A stretch of DNA of 64,000 nt from an uncultured Verrucomicrobiales bacterium (lineage in GTDB: Bacteria; Verrucomicrobiota; Verrucomicrobiia; Verrucomicrobiales; Akkermansiaceae): assembly GCA_937951675.1 (NCBI GenBank), contig CALFBI010000017.1:1-64000 (forward strand). Reading direction: 5' to 3'. Below are positions 19,085 through 28,700 of this stretch, piece after piece. The notes below the pieces were generated by a model. The model had not been told where the DNA came from and did no database searches. It saw only the letters and a list, made by a program, of their open reading frames with translations. A program made the translations under genes and the position numbers. Each line of letters starts with the position of its first letter. Positions within the stretch are counted from its first letter, which is position 1.

Positions 19085-19747
19085 TTAAAGGGAGCGAACG
19101 AGGTATTCTCCTGAATCCCCGTCATATTTATAAATAAGCACCTCTGTGTCCCGAGGTAAGTCCTCGGAGCCTTCTGGTGTTCTTGCGTTGAGATAAGTGG
19201 TTCCTCCTCGGTGCTCGAGCTTCACTTGCCCTCCTCGACTAGAGAGAGAGCTGGTTCGGACAACCGCTGTTTTCCCGATGATAGGGTCTTTCGCTTCATC
19301 TTCTTTGAAGCTTGTAAATAATGGGCTTAAAGGCGCGGTCAACCCTTTCGTCAAGAAGGTTGAGCCGACTAAAGCAGTAAGAGGCCACCATCCCGCGAAA
19401 AAAGGAAGGTTGAGTCCCGCCATCGCCAGATGACCTACCATAATGAAGACCCATAAAACCACGACGAGAAAAGAGAGAACCACCATGACCGGAACATCTG
19501 CCGCGTTCATGAATTTCATCACTCCCTGAATCTGGTCAAGAAAACCAGAAGAGCTAGACGAAGCAGAACCCGCTTCGGCCTCAAGGCCTTCCTGAGAAAT
19601 CTCTGTATCGGATTCAAAATCAATATCTAAAAAATCCAAATCAAGAAGCCCTAACAAACAGAATCCCCAGTAGATAAAAATAGGAGCTAAGAGAATTGTA
19701 AAAGGAAGCACTTCATTGCTCACTGCTAATTCAAGTAAATCTCTCAT
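19085..19747 (-). CDS. YqiJ/NfeD-like membrane protein (flotillin-associated; DUF1449-type with C-terminal OB-fold)
   Basis: N-terminal TMs (LPFTILLAPIFIYWGFCLLGLLDL; VMVVLSFLVVVLWVFIMVGHLAMAG) and a C-terminal beta-rich segment (GKTAVVRTSSLSSRGGQVKLEHRGGTTYLNARTPEGSEDLPRDTEVLIYKYDGDSGEYLV) resembling the NfeD OB-fold. Canonical position immediately upstream of a flotillin gene, as in yqiJK. Confidence 0.6.
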   Translation of the reverse strand: MRDLLELAVSNEVLPFTILLAPIFIYWGFCLLGLLDLDFLDIDFESDTEISQEGLEAEAGSASSSSSGFLDQIQGVMKFMNAADVPVMVVLSFLVVVLWVFIMVGHLAMAGLNLPFFAGWWPLTALVGSTFLTKGLTAPLSPLFTSFKEDEAKDPIIGKTAVVRTSSLSSRGGQVKLEHRGGTTYLNARTPEGSEDLPRDTEVLIYKYDGDSGEYLVRSL

Positions 19748-19954
19748 GACATAAAGATAAAATAGGAATGACGCGTTTTAAGCGATTATAATTCTTCTCC
19801 TTTTTTTTACACCCCTCTCCTCCAAAAGGAAATCCTCTCTTTGAGTAATCAAATCGATCTCTAGCGGAACTTTCAGAGAAGTCAGAGTTCCCATCTTGAC
19901 TCACTCTGCTCATTAATTCATGATGAAAAGTGGCATTAATACTTCTCTTTTATC

Positions 19955-20515
19955 ATGAAATTACACCTTCTTCTAGGAACCGCCTTCTTATTTTACAGCG
20001 CCCTCTTTCTCTCTGCTGAGCCTATCTCAAACTCAGAAGCCAAAATTCAAGCGAACCTTTACCAAGCAGGTCTTACGGCGGTGGATCAAGGAAACCTTTC
20101 CGAGGCAAAGCAGCATTTTTCAAAAATATTACAGCGCAATCCTCAGCATGCCCATGCTCGCTACCAACTTCTCCATCTCAATGATAAAAAGGGACGCGTC
20201 GCGATTAATGCTCGGAAAAGCCGGCTCAAACAAGTCACTCTAACGAAAGTTTCCTTCGATGGGCTCTCCGTCGCTGATGCTGTGGACGGATTTAACCATC
20301 TTGTTTCAGAGGCTACCGGCAACTCATTCTCTCCTAATTTAGTCCTTCGAGACCCTCAGAAAAAACTCGCCTCGAAGAAAATTTCCCTCGAGCTTCAATC
20401 CGTTCCTGCCCATGTTGCTCTCAACTATATTGCTGAGAATATGGGAGCCTCTCTTAAATATGACGAGTTCGCCGTCATCTTATCGCCACTTCCTACCACC
20501 GCGTCGCCAAACTAA
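19955..20515 (+). CDS. Small secreted protein with secretin/TonB N-terminus (STN)-like domain, function unknown
   Basis: Signal peptide MKLHLLLGTAFLFYSALFLSA. The pattern …VTLTKVSFDGLSVADAVDGFNHLV…NLVLRDP…ISLELQSVPAHVALNYIAENMGASLKYDEFAVIL resembles the STN/secretin-N0 motif. Confidence 0.35.
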   Translation: MKLHLLLGTAFLFYSALFLSAEPISNSEAKIQANLYQAGLTAVDQGNLSEAKQHFSKILQRNPQHAHARYQLLHLNDKKGRVAINARKSRLKQVTLTKVSFDGLSVADAVDGFNHLVSEATGNSFSPNLVLRDPQKKLASKKISLELQSVPAHVALNYIAENMGASLKYDEFAVILSPLPTTASPN

Positions 20516-20591
20516 GCCCGAGATCCCATTTTCATGAAAATATTGAGGGTCTCCACTTGTCTGTAGCACCTCTTTTTCTCATGGTTTCTTT

Positions 20592-22292
20592 ATGAACCCC
20601 TCCCGCCTGCGCCGTGCTGGAATTGTCGCCCCGCTTTGGTGCCTTCGACGAGAAGAAGATCATGGGATTGGTGACACCAAGTCTCTGAGGAAACTGATCG
20701 ACTGGGCCGCCCAAACTCGAGTCGGTTTCATTCAATTACTTCCTCTCAATGAGACCGGATCTGATCATAGCCCCTATAATGCGATCAGCTCGATTGCCCT
20801 TGAGCCTTCGTATTTGACGCTCGAGGAAATCCCTTGGCTAACAGAGGAAGAAACCCATCAGGCTCGCGTCGATCTCGGGAGCGGCCCTCTTCATTCCTCT
20901 GCGGTCGATTACGAAAAGGTCAAGACTCTTAAACGCCGTTATCTGCGCCTCGCTTTCGAACGCTTTTGGATAGAAAAGGAAAACAATCAGTCCTACCAAC
21001 AATTCTGTGAAGAAGAAAAGTCTTGGCTACAGGACTACTCTCTCTACCGCGTCTTAATGGATTGCGAAGGAGGAAACGAACAATGGGAGTTCTGGAGCCA
21101 GCAATACAATACTCGTGAAAAAGCCCATACATGGCTTCAGCTCCAACGAAAAAGCTCCCCGCATGAAGTTGAAAAAAATCTGCGGTATTATCAATGGGTG
21201 CAATGGATCTCTTTTCAACAATGGAAAGAAATCCGATCTTATGCTGACGAACGAGATGTCAAACTCATGGGTGATGTCCCGATCGGCGTCTCTTATCATA
21301 GCGTCGATGTCTTTTTCGAGCCGGAATGGTTCGACCTTAACTGGAGTGGAGGGGCTCCTCCTGAAACTGTTTTTAAAGATGACCCTTTTGCCGTAAAATG
21401 GGGACAAAACTGGGGAGTTCCCCTGTATCGATGGGATGTTCTTGAGCAGCACGACTACTCTTGGTGGAGGCGACGAATTGAGAAGCTAACGACTGTTTTC
21501 CAAATGTTTCGGATCGATCATATTTTAGGGTTTTACCGGATTTATGCTTTCCCTTGGCGCCCTTGGCGTAATGCCGAATTTTTAGAACTCGATGCTCACG
21601 AAGCAGCGGCCCGAATGAATGGCCGCCTTCCTGGTTTTGCCCCGCGTGCAGATGACAACCAGGAAAACGCGAAGGCTAACCTCGCAGACGGAGACCAATA
21701 CTTGCAGGCCATCATCAAAGCCGCCAACGGAGCCGAGATCATCGGAGAAGATCTCGGGTTTACGCCTGATTATGTTCCAGATCATTTGAAATCGCTCAAT
21801 ATTGCAGGATTCCGTATTTGCCACTGGGAAATTAATGACAAAGAGGAGCCCACCTTACCGGAGAACTATGAAGAATGTAGTTTTGCCGCTTACTCAACTC
21901 ACGACCACCCCACCATGGCGGGCCTCTGGGAGGAATTTCGCCGTAATGCGCATGATCCCGATGAGGACGTTCGCGCGGGAGCTCACTGGAACCTGAGGGT
22001 TCTTTCTCGATGCGCCAAACAGGATCTACCAGATGACGGGCACTACCCTCTTTACCATGAAGGCCTTAAATGGGGCCTTATTGAATTTCTTCTCCAGACA
22101 CGCTCCCGTTACGCGGCCTGCCTCATCACAGATCTTGATCATAGCACGATTCGGTTCAACATCCCGGGCACCACCGGATCACATAATTGGTCAGCCAGGC
22201 TCAACTTTAGCGTGGAAGACCTTGAATCTGATCCCAGTTTGCAAGAGATCAGCCAACAAATGAAATCACATATCATCCATTCGCTCCGATGA
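20592..22292 (+). CDS. malQ: 4-alpha-glucanotransferase (amylomaltase, GH77)
   Basis: GH77 signatures: …SPYNAISSIALEPSYL…, …FRIDHILGFYRIYAFPW…, catalytic region …IGEDLGFTPDYV…, and length ~560 aa. The 3' end overlaps the next gene by 4 nt. Confidence 0.85.
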   Translation: MNPSRLRRAGIVAPLWCLRREEDHGIGDTKSLRKLIDWAAQTRVGFIQLLPLNETGSDHSPYNAISSIALEPSYLTLEEIPWLTEEETHQARVDLGSGPLHSSAVDYEKVKTLKRRYLRLAFERFWIEKENNQSYQQFCEEEKSWLQDYSLYRVLMDCEGGNEQWEFWSQQYNTREKAHTWLQLQRKSSPHEVEKNLRYYQWVQWISFQQWKEIRSYADERDVKLMGDVPIGVSYHSVDVFFEPEWFDLNWSGGAPPETVFKDDPFAVKWGQNWGVPLYRWDVLEQHDYSWWRRRIEKLTTVFQMFRIDHILGFYRIYAFPWRPWRNAEFLELDAHEAAARMNGRLPGFAPRADDNQENAKANLADGDQYLQAIIKAANGAEIIGEDLGFTPDYVPDHLKSLNIAGFRICHWEINDKEEPTLPENYEECSFAAYSTHDHPTMAGLWEEFRRNAHDPDEDVRAGAHWNLRVLSRCAKQDLPDDGHYPLYHEGLKWGLIEFLLQTRSRYAACLITDLDHSTIRFNIPGTTGSHNWSARLNFSVEDLESDPSLQEISQQMKSHIIHSLR

Positions 22293-23998
22293 ATAAACGC
22301 CTTGTCATTTATCAGCTCTTTGTGCGGCATTTCGGGAACTTGACCGAAACTCAAATTGCGCACGGAACCAAAGACCAAAACGGATGCGGCACCTTTGAGG
22401 ACCTCACCCTTCCCGTTCTGAAGTCTCTACACCAAATGGGATTCAACGCGATCTGGCTTACTGGAATTCTAGAGCATGCTACTGGAACGAGCTCCAGCAA
22501 GCAACCCGCTGACCACCCGGCGCTCTTAAAAGGAGTCGCAGGAAGCCCCTATGCGGTCAGGGACGCCTTCGACCTCTGCCCCGACCTCTTTCGTCATCCA
22601 GAAAACCGCTTTGAGGTTTTCGAAGCATTCATTACCCGGGCGCACCGCTTAGGAATCAAAGTCCTCATTGACTTCATTCCCAATCATGTGGCCCGCTCCT
22701 ATCGATCCGACCAGCGTCCTGACCTCAGTTTTGGCAATGAAGATCAAACAGATCGCTTTTTTGATCTTCACAACCACTTTTATTATCTTCAGTCCGAGGA
22801 CTCTCAAGCTCAACTGTGTCTCCCCCGCCCAGCGAACGAAGATCTCCCCCCTTACCAAGAATCACCAGCCCGAGTGACGGGGAACAACGCGATCACATGG
22901 ACTCCTTCTCTCCATGACTGGTATGAAACGGCCAAGCTCAACTACGGACACGACTTCACCCTCGGCGCGGACTGCCGCTACCTCTCTTCCCTCCAGGCTG
23001 TGCCTCGCACTTGGGAAACGATGGATGAGGTCATTGCTCACTGGCAAAACCTCGGAGTTGATGGATTCCGAGTTGATATGGCGCATCTAATTCCTCCTCC
23101 TTTCTGGCACTGGGCCATCAAACGAGCTCGCGCTCGAAACCAGGAAACTCTCTTCATCGGAGAAGCTTACAATGACGACCCTGCCAAATTGAGCACCGGA
23201 AACATTCTAGACGAGCTCATTGCCGCTGGATTTAACGCCGTCTATGATCATCATTCCTACCAAAATCTCGAAGCCATTTACGAAAAAGGGCATTGGGCCA
23301 ATGATCTCGACCAGCACCTCATTCCAAACGCGACACAGCCTACCCTTCTTCGATACACCGAGAACCATGATGAAGTCCGCCTCGCTCACCCAAAGACCTG
23401 GGGAGGGCTTCCTAGCGCAGTTGGTATTCCAGCCTCCGCAATCCAGTTCCTCAGCGGCACGGGCCCTCTGATGGTTTATAACGGGCAAGAACTTGGAGAA
23501 CGTAGCGAGGGAAGCCCTGGCTTCTCTGGAGATGACGGGAGAACCTCCATCTTTGATTACACTCACCTTCCCGCCCTTCAAAATTGGCTCAAATCATTCC
23601 TCGAAAAAGGGGAGGAAAATCACCCTCTCCGCGACCAATACGCGGAGCTCCTCAAACTCTCACAGACCTCTGTTTTTTCTCACGGAGAATTTTACGCACT
23701 CAACTATGCTCACCAAAACGAATTCCAATTCGGCAAAGATCAAAATGACCCCGTGGCAGGCCACTGGGCTTATCTCTTTGCTCGGCACTACCGCCCTTCG
23801 AGGAAAACAGTGCTTGTTCTTGTGAACCTTTCCCCTGAGCGCCCTCTTGCTCCATTTCTCCCGAACCTTGACCCTCATTTCCGAAAATGGGCCACCCTCG
23901 GAGAAAACATCACGCTCTCTCAAGGCGGTAAAATACAGGCGACCCTTTCGGCTGAGCCTCTAAGTTACAAAATCTACGATTGCGAATCTTTGGGTTAA
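22289..23998 (+). CDS. GH13 alpha-amylase-family glycoside hydrolase
   Basis: GH13 conserved regions: LVIYQLFVRHFGN (region start), GIKVLIDFIPNHVA (region I), GVDGFRVDMAHLIPP (region II, catalytic Asp), FIGEAY (region III Glu) and YTENHDE (region IV). Likely forms a maltodextrin-utilisation pair with malQ. Confidence 0.8.
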   Translation: MNKRLVIYQLFVRHFGNLTETQIAHGTKDQNGCGTFEDLTLPVLKSLHQMGFNAIWLTGILEHATGTSSSKQPADHPALLKGVAGSPYAVRDAFDLCPDLFRHPENRFEVFEAFITRAHRLGIKVLIDFIPNHVARSYRSDQRPDLSFGNEDQTDRFFDLHNHFYYLQSEDSQAQLCLPRPANEDLPPYQESPARVTGNNAITWTPSLHDWYETAKLNYGHDFTLGADCRYLSSLQAVPRTWETMDEVIAHWQNLGVDGFRVDMAHLIPPPFWHWAIKRARARNQETLFIGEAYNDDPAKLSTGNILDELIAAGFNAVYDHHSYQNLEAIYEKGHWANDLDQHLIPNATQPTLLRYTENHDEVRLAHPKTWGGLPSAVGIPASAIQFLSGTGPLMVYNGQELGERSEGSPGFSGDDGRTSIFDYTHLPALQNWLKSFLEKGEENHPLRDQYAELLKLSQTSVFSHGEFYALNYAHQNEFQFGKDQNDPVAGHWAYLFARHYRPSRKTVLVLVNLSPERPLAPFLPNLDPHFRKWATLGENITLSQGGKIQATLSAEPLSYKIYDCESLG

Positions 23999-24037
23999 AA
24001 ATCGAGCAGAATAAAAGCCTTAGGTATCTTAGCGCTC

Positions 24038-24487
24038 TCAGGAAAAGGCACTCCACTCGATCACCTCTCGCCCTTCGGGATGATGTCTCAATTCAAAATA
24101 AATCGTGCCTACCTCTGGAAAAAGGCGAGGGAACAAATCAGCCCATTCCACAATCGTGACCCCTTTGCGCTCTAAAAAATCGTCCCAACCGGTTTCTTCG
24201 ACCTCTTCCATCGATTCCGATCGATAAAAATCATAGTGAAATACGGGTAATTCACCCCCATGATATTCGTTCACTAAAGTGAAAGTGGGGCTCGTGACAT
24301 CTCCCTCATACCCTAAGCCTTTTAAAAGACCTTTGGCGAAATGCGTTTTCCCAGCCCCGAGCTCTCCTTTCAACGCAATGACCACGCCTGGAGTTAACTT
24401 TGAAGCAAGCTCTTTCGAAAACTGAATAAGCGCTTCTGGGGAACGAGTTAAAGTCCGATTTAGGGGTTTTTGCTCTTGTTTTGACAT
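24038..24487 (-). CDS. tsaE: tRNA threonylcarbamoyladenosine biosynthesis protein TsaE (YjeE ATPase)
   Basis: P-loop LKGELGAGKTHFAKGLLKGLG and conserved …VTSPTFTLVNEY…LPVFHYDFYR… motifs of TsaE; ~150 aa. Confidence 0.85.
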   Translation of the reverse strand: MSKQEQKPLNRTLTRSPEALIQFSKELASKLTPGVVIALKGELGAGKTHFAKGLLKGLGYEGDVTSPTFTLVNEYHGGELPVFHYDFYRSESMEEVEETGWDDFLERKGVTIVEWADLFPRLFPEVGTIYFELRHHPEGREVIEWSAFS

Positions 24488-24592
24488 TCTTTTTAAAAAA
24501 ATCTTGCGCTATTTGGAAGGACATGGTGGACTCCCGCCCCCGTGCAAGTAATAACTACTTGCACAAGGAGAAATAATCCAGCCCATTCAATC

Positions 24593-24907
24593 ATGGCTTA
24601 CGCAGTTTTCAAAACCGGTGGTAAACAATACCGCGTCCAAGAAGGTGACAAAATTGATGTCGAGAAATTAGACATCGAAGTTGGCACAAACACTTCTTTC
24701 GAGGAAGTTCTTCTCGTCTCAAACGAAGGTGACACCAAGGTCGGCACTCCCTTCCTTCAAGGAGCAGCGGTGAAAGCCACTGTCGTTGATCAGTTTCGTG
24801 GTAAAAAAGGAGTCGCTTTCAAATTTAAGCGTCGTAAAGGTTACCACAAAACAAAAGGTTTCCGTCGTCACCTCACTCAACTTGAGATCACAGGCATCCA
24901 AGGTTAA
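24593..24907 (+). CDS. rplU: 50S ribosomal protein L21
   Basis: MAYAVFKTGGKQYRVQEGDKIDVEKL… is the canonical L21 N-terminus. First ATG at 24593; the track ORF begins earlier at a GTG. Confidence 0.95.
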   Translation: MAYAVFKTGGKQYRVQEGDKIDVEKLDIEVGTNTSFEEVLLVSNEGDTKVGTPFLQGAAVKATVVDQFRGKKGVAFKFKRRKGYHKTKGFRRHLTQLEITGIQG

Positions 24908-24925
24908 TTCCAATTATCATTTTTC

Positions 24926-25183
24926 ATGGCTCATAAAAAAGGACAAGGTTCCGTCAAAAACGGACGCGACTCACGCAGTAAACGACTTGGCGTCAAGAAG
25001 TTTGGCGGAGAAGCCGTAATCCCTGGCAATATCCTCATTCGTCAGCGTGGCACCAAATGGCATCCAGGTAAAAACGTAGGCATCGGAAAAGATCACACGA
25101 TCTTCTCTCTTGTCGAAGGAAACGTTTTCTTTGATCGCGACGGACGTCGCATCAATGTTGCTACTCCTGAAGTTGCAAACTAA
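24926..25183 (+). CDS. rpmA: 50S ribosomal protein L27
   Basis: [29 protein letters not shown]…[11 protein letters not shown] matches L27, 85 aa. Directly follows rplU. Confidence 0.95.
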   Translation: MAHKKGQGSVKNGRDSRSKRLGVKKFGGEAVIPGNILIRQRGTKWHPGKNVGIGKDHTIFSLVEGNVFFDRDGRRINVATPEVAN

Positions 25184-25207
25184 GTTTTTCTATATTTTTT
25201 AAACAAA

Positions 25208-25239
25208 GCGGTAATGGTCAAACCATTGCCGCTTTTTTG
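25208..25239 (+). terminator. Rho-independent terminator after rpmA
   Basis: GCGGTAATGG-tcaaa-CCATTGCCGC perfect 10-bp stem followed by TTTTTTG, 25 nt after the rpmA stop. Confidence 0.7.
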
Positions 25240-25251
25240 TGATCTCTACTC

Positions 25252-25710
25252 ATGCTCCATGTCGTTCTTTATCAACCAGAAATCCCTCATAATACGGGGG
25301 CGATTGGCAGGCTCTGTCTCGCCACTGGAGCGACGCTTCATTTAATCAAGCCTCTCGGCTTTGATCTTTCCGAAAAAGCAGTAAAGCGAGCTGGGCTTGA
25401 TTATTGGAAAGACGTCTCTCTCAAAATCTGGGATCACTTTGACGACCTTCAGGAAGCGTATCCCGAAAACAACTATTGGTATCTCACAACCAAGACCTCT
25501 CAATCTTACTGGGGCGCTCGCTTTCAAGATGGAGACTTCCTCGTTTTCGGCACAGAGTCACGAGGCCTCCCAGAAAGCTTGCTCCAGACACAAGCCCAAA
25601 GCTGCCTCACCATCCCTATGCAAGCTGGGAGCACCCGCTCTCTGAATCTTGCCACCTCTGCTGGTATCGTGATGTATGAAGCCTTCCGGCAAATCGAATT
25701 TAAAGGATAA
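25252..25710 (+). CDS. trmL: tRNA (cytidine/uridine-2'-O)-methyltransferase TrmL (SpoU/TrmH family)
   Basis: MLHVVLYQPEIPHNTGAIGRLCLATGATLHLIKPLGF…LNLATSAGIVMYEAFRQ, short SPOUT methyltransferase, ~150 aa. Confidence 0.85.
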   Translation: MLHVVLYQPEIPHNTGAIGRLCLATGATLHLIKPLGFDLSEKAVKRAGLDYWKDVSLKIWDHFDDLQEAYPENNYWYLTTKTSQSYWGARFQDGDFLVFGTESRGLPESLLQTQAQSCLTIPMQAGSTRSLNLATSAGIVMYEAFRQIEFKG

Positions 25711-25719
25711 CCTTCTTTA

Positions 25720-28700
25720 TCATTTTACGGTTGAAAGCTGTTTACGCAAATGAACCGCAGTGACCGATCTCTCATGATCACACACTTTTTCTGGGGTGCC
25801 TGCGATCACGATTTGCCCGCCCAAGTCACCAGCCTCAGGGCCCATATCGATTAAGAAATCTGCTTCTGCCATCACCGCCGTATTATGCTCAATCACGACG
25901 ACGGTATGCCCTTCGTCGACCAGTCGATGAAGCACCTCGATCAACCTTTTCACATCTTGTTGATGCAAGCCAATGGTGGGTTCCTCGATCAAATAAAGAT
26001 TCTGCTTCGCCTGCATCATTTTGGCCGGGTTGACTCTCCCCTTCGCTAATTCTGCGACCAACTTCATCCGCTGCGCTTCTCCCCCTGATAAGGTTGGGCT
26101 CGGTTGCCCCAACTGCAAATAACCTAACCCCGTTTCATTGAGTAAGCGAAGGGTTCGACTTAATTTCGGATGATTTTCAAAAACGGCTACCGCATCTGCA
26201 ATCGGCAAACGCAAGATTTCACCAATATGATAACCTCTATAACTAATTTCGAGTGTCGACTCATGATAACGTTCACCGTGACAAGATTCACAAGGCACCC
26301 AAGTCGTGGGCAAAAAATCCATCTCGAGTTTCACACGCCCGTTTCCTTTGCACTCTGGGCATTGACCTTCTTTATTATTAAATGAAAAGCGGCTCGCCGT
26401 ATACCCTCTCATCCGAGACTCTGGAACATTCGCGAAAAGTTTCCGAATATCATCAAAGATTTTCACGTAAGTCGCCGGACACGAGCGCGAAGTCTTCCCA
26501 ATAGGAGATTGATCTACCTCATAACAAGCATGCAAAGAATCAAACCCGCTTAGTGACTTCCAAGTCTTATCGCGAATCGTTTTCTTTCGGCTTAAAACAT
26601 GTTCTGCGGCAACTGCTAGAGTTCCCCGCATTAAAGATGATTTACCACAACCAGACACTCCCGAAATCACCGTGAGCCGTTGAAGCGGAATCTGCACATT
26701 CACCTTTTTCAAATTATTATAAGTGCATCCTTTCAAGGACATCCAGGCCTCTTTTTTTCGCAATGAAGGAAGGGCCCGGCGCTCTCCTCGTAATGGATGA
26801 GCTAAGGGGCTCGCGTAAGAAGAAAGAGTGGGCGATTTTAAATACTTACCTCGCTCCTTAACGCTAAGGTTTTTCGGGGACACTCCCTCATAAACAACTT
26901 CTCCTCCTAATCTTCCCGCACCTGGGCCTAGATCAATGAGGTGACCAGCTCTTTCAATTGTTTCTTCGTCATGCTCGACCACAATCAGAGAATTCCCCTG
27001 ATCTCTCAACGACTCTAAGGTCCCTAACAACCGCTCATTATCGCGAGGATGCAGCCCGATGGTGGGCTCATCTAAAACATATAGAACCCCATTGAGATTC
27101 GACCCAAGCTGCGCCGCAAGACGAATCCTCTGAGCCTCTCCTCCCGATAAAGTCGTCGCACTACGATCAAGCTGCAAATAAGACAGCCCTACCTCTTCTA
27201 AGAAAGAGAGCCGTTGCGAAATTTCAGGAAGAATATCTCTCGCGATCTCTGCTTCCCGCCCTTCAAAACAAAATGATTCAGAGACCTCTTTAGCCTCCGA
27301 AACAGACATTGCAGTCAATTCAGGTAACGAATAGGAATGAATCTTAACCGCTCTTGAAGATGGGTTTAATCGGTTCCCTTCGCAGTCTGGACAGGGCAAA
27401 ATCTCCTCATCAGTTTTCTTTTCATGATTCCGATCAGCGGCTAATTCAGCCTCAAGCGCCGAGTTATAATCCGCTTCTCTAAACGTTTTTTTCCCTCGTG
27501 ATATCGTCCCATATCCTCGACAAGTCAGGCACCACCCACGGGGGGAGTTATAAGAAAAATGGGCCGGGTCTAATTCTTCAAAAGACTCTCCGGTCGCCAA
27601 GCTCACTCGTGAAGTCGATAGAATACGAAGCTTCTTTTTCGAATCAAGAATCCGAACGGCCCCCTTTCCGTGCTTTAAGGCGAGTTCTACGGCACTTGCA
27701 ATTTGCGGAAGCTTGGTCTTTTTAGAAACTTCCGCAATCACCACATCAAGATCATGCTCTTGATATCTCTCCAAAGGCTCAAAATCTTCCACCTGGCAAA
27801 GCATTTGGTCCACTAGTAACGATGTAAATCCCTGCTTTCCAGCCCAAGTTGCCACTTCAGAATGATACCCTTTTTTATTCCTAATAATAGGAGCCATCAC
27901 CATCACCTTTCCGCTCTTCGCCTCACGAAAAACTTGCTGCGTGATCGCATCCGCCGTTTGCGAAACAACGGCTTCGCCCGAAGCCGGGCAATGCTGTATC
28001 CCTACCTTGGCATAGAGAAGTCTCAGAAAATGGTAAATCTCAGTCACCGTTGCCACCGTTGACTTCCCTCCTCCCTGTGAGATGCTTTGCTCGATCGCAA
28101 CGGTCGGAGGAAGGCCTGAAACACGATTCACATCAGGCTTTTCTAGTTGCTCTGCAAATTGACGAGCATACGGTGACATCGAATCTAGAAAACGGCGTTG
28201 CCCTTCCGCAAAAAGAAGGTCAAATGCCAGAGTGGATTTCCCTGAACCACTTAACCCAGAAATAACCACCAACTCATCACGAGGGATTTGAAGATCGATG
28301 TTTTTCAGATGATGTTGACGAGCTCCACTGATTTCAATGACTGCCTTCTTTTTACTGGCTCTCTTTTTTACTGGAGGGGCTGAAGTTTCTTCCCCTTTCA
28401 TCTGAGAAGCTAAATAAGATCCCGTGATTGATCCGGACAAAGCCAGCTCCTGCGGGGTTCCCTCTTGCACTACCCCCCCTCCTTGATCTCCAGCTCCTGG
28501 CCCCATTTCAATGACATAGTCAGAGGCTAAAATAACATCTAGTTGATGCTCAATCACAAGTAGAGAGTGCCCACGCTCGACAAGATCCTGAAACAAATCT
28601 AACAAGTTCTTAATGTCATCAAAATGCAAACCCGTCGTGGGCTCATCAAGGATCATCAGAGTGTTTGACTTCTTTTCTCTCAATAGTTTACAGAGTTTCA

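Noticed and set aside
19731-19913. 60-aa minus-strand ORF in the divergent intergenic region upstream of the YqiJ-like gene
   Set aside because: Lies in the promoter region between divergent genes and overlaps the YqiJ-like start. No signal or homology.
20532-20735. 67-aa minus-strand ORF overlapping the malQ start
   Set aside because: Antisense to the conserved malQ N-terminus; no support.
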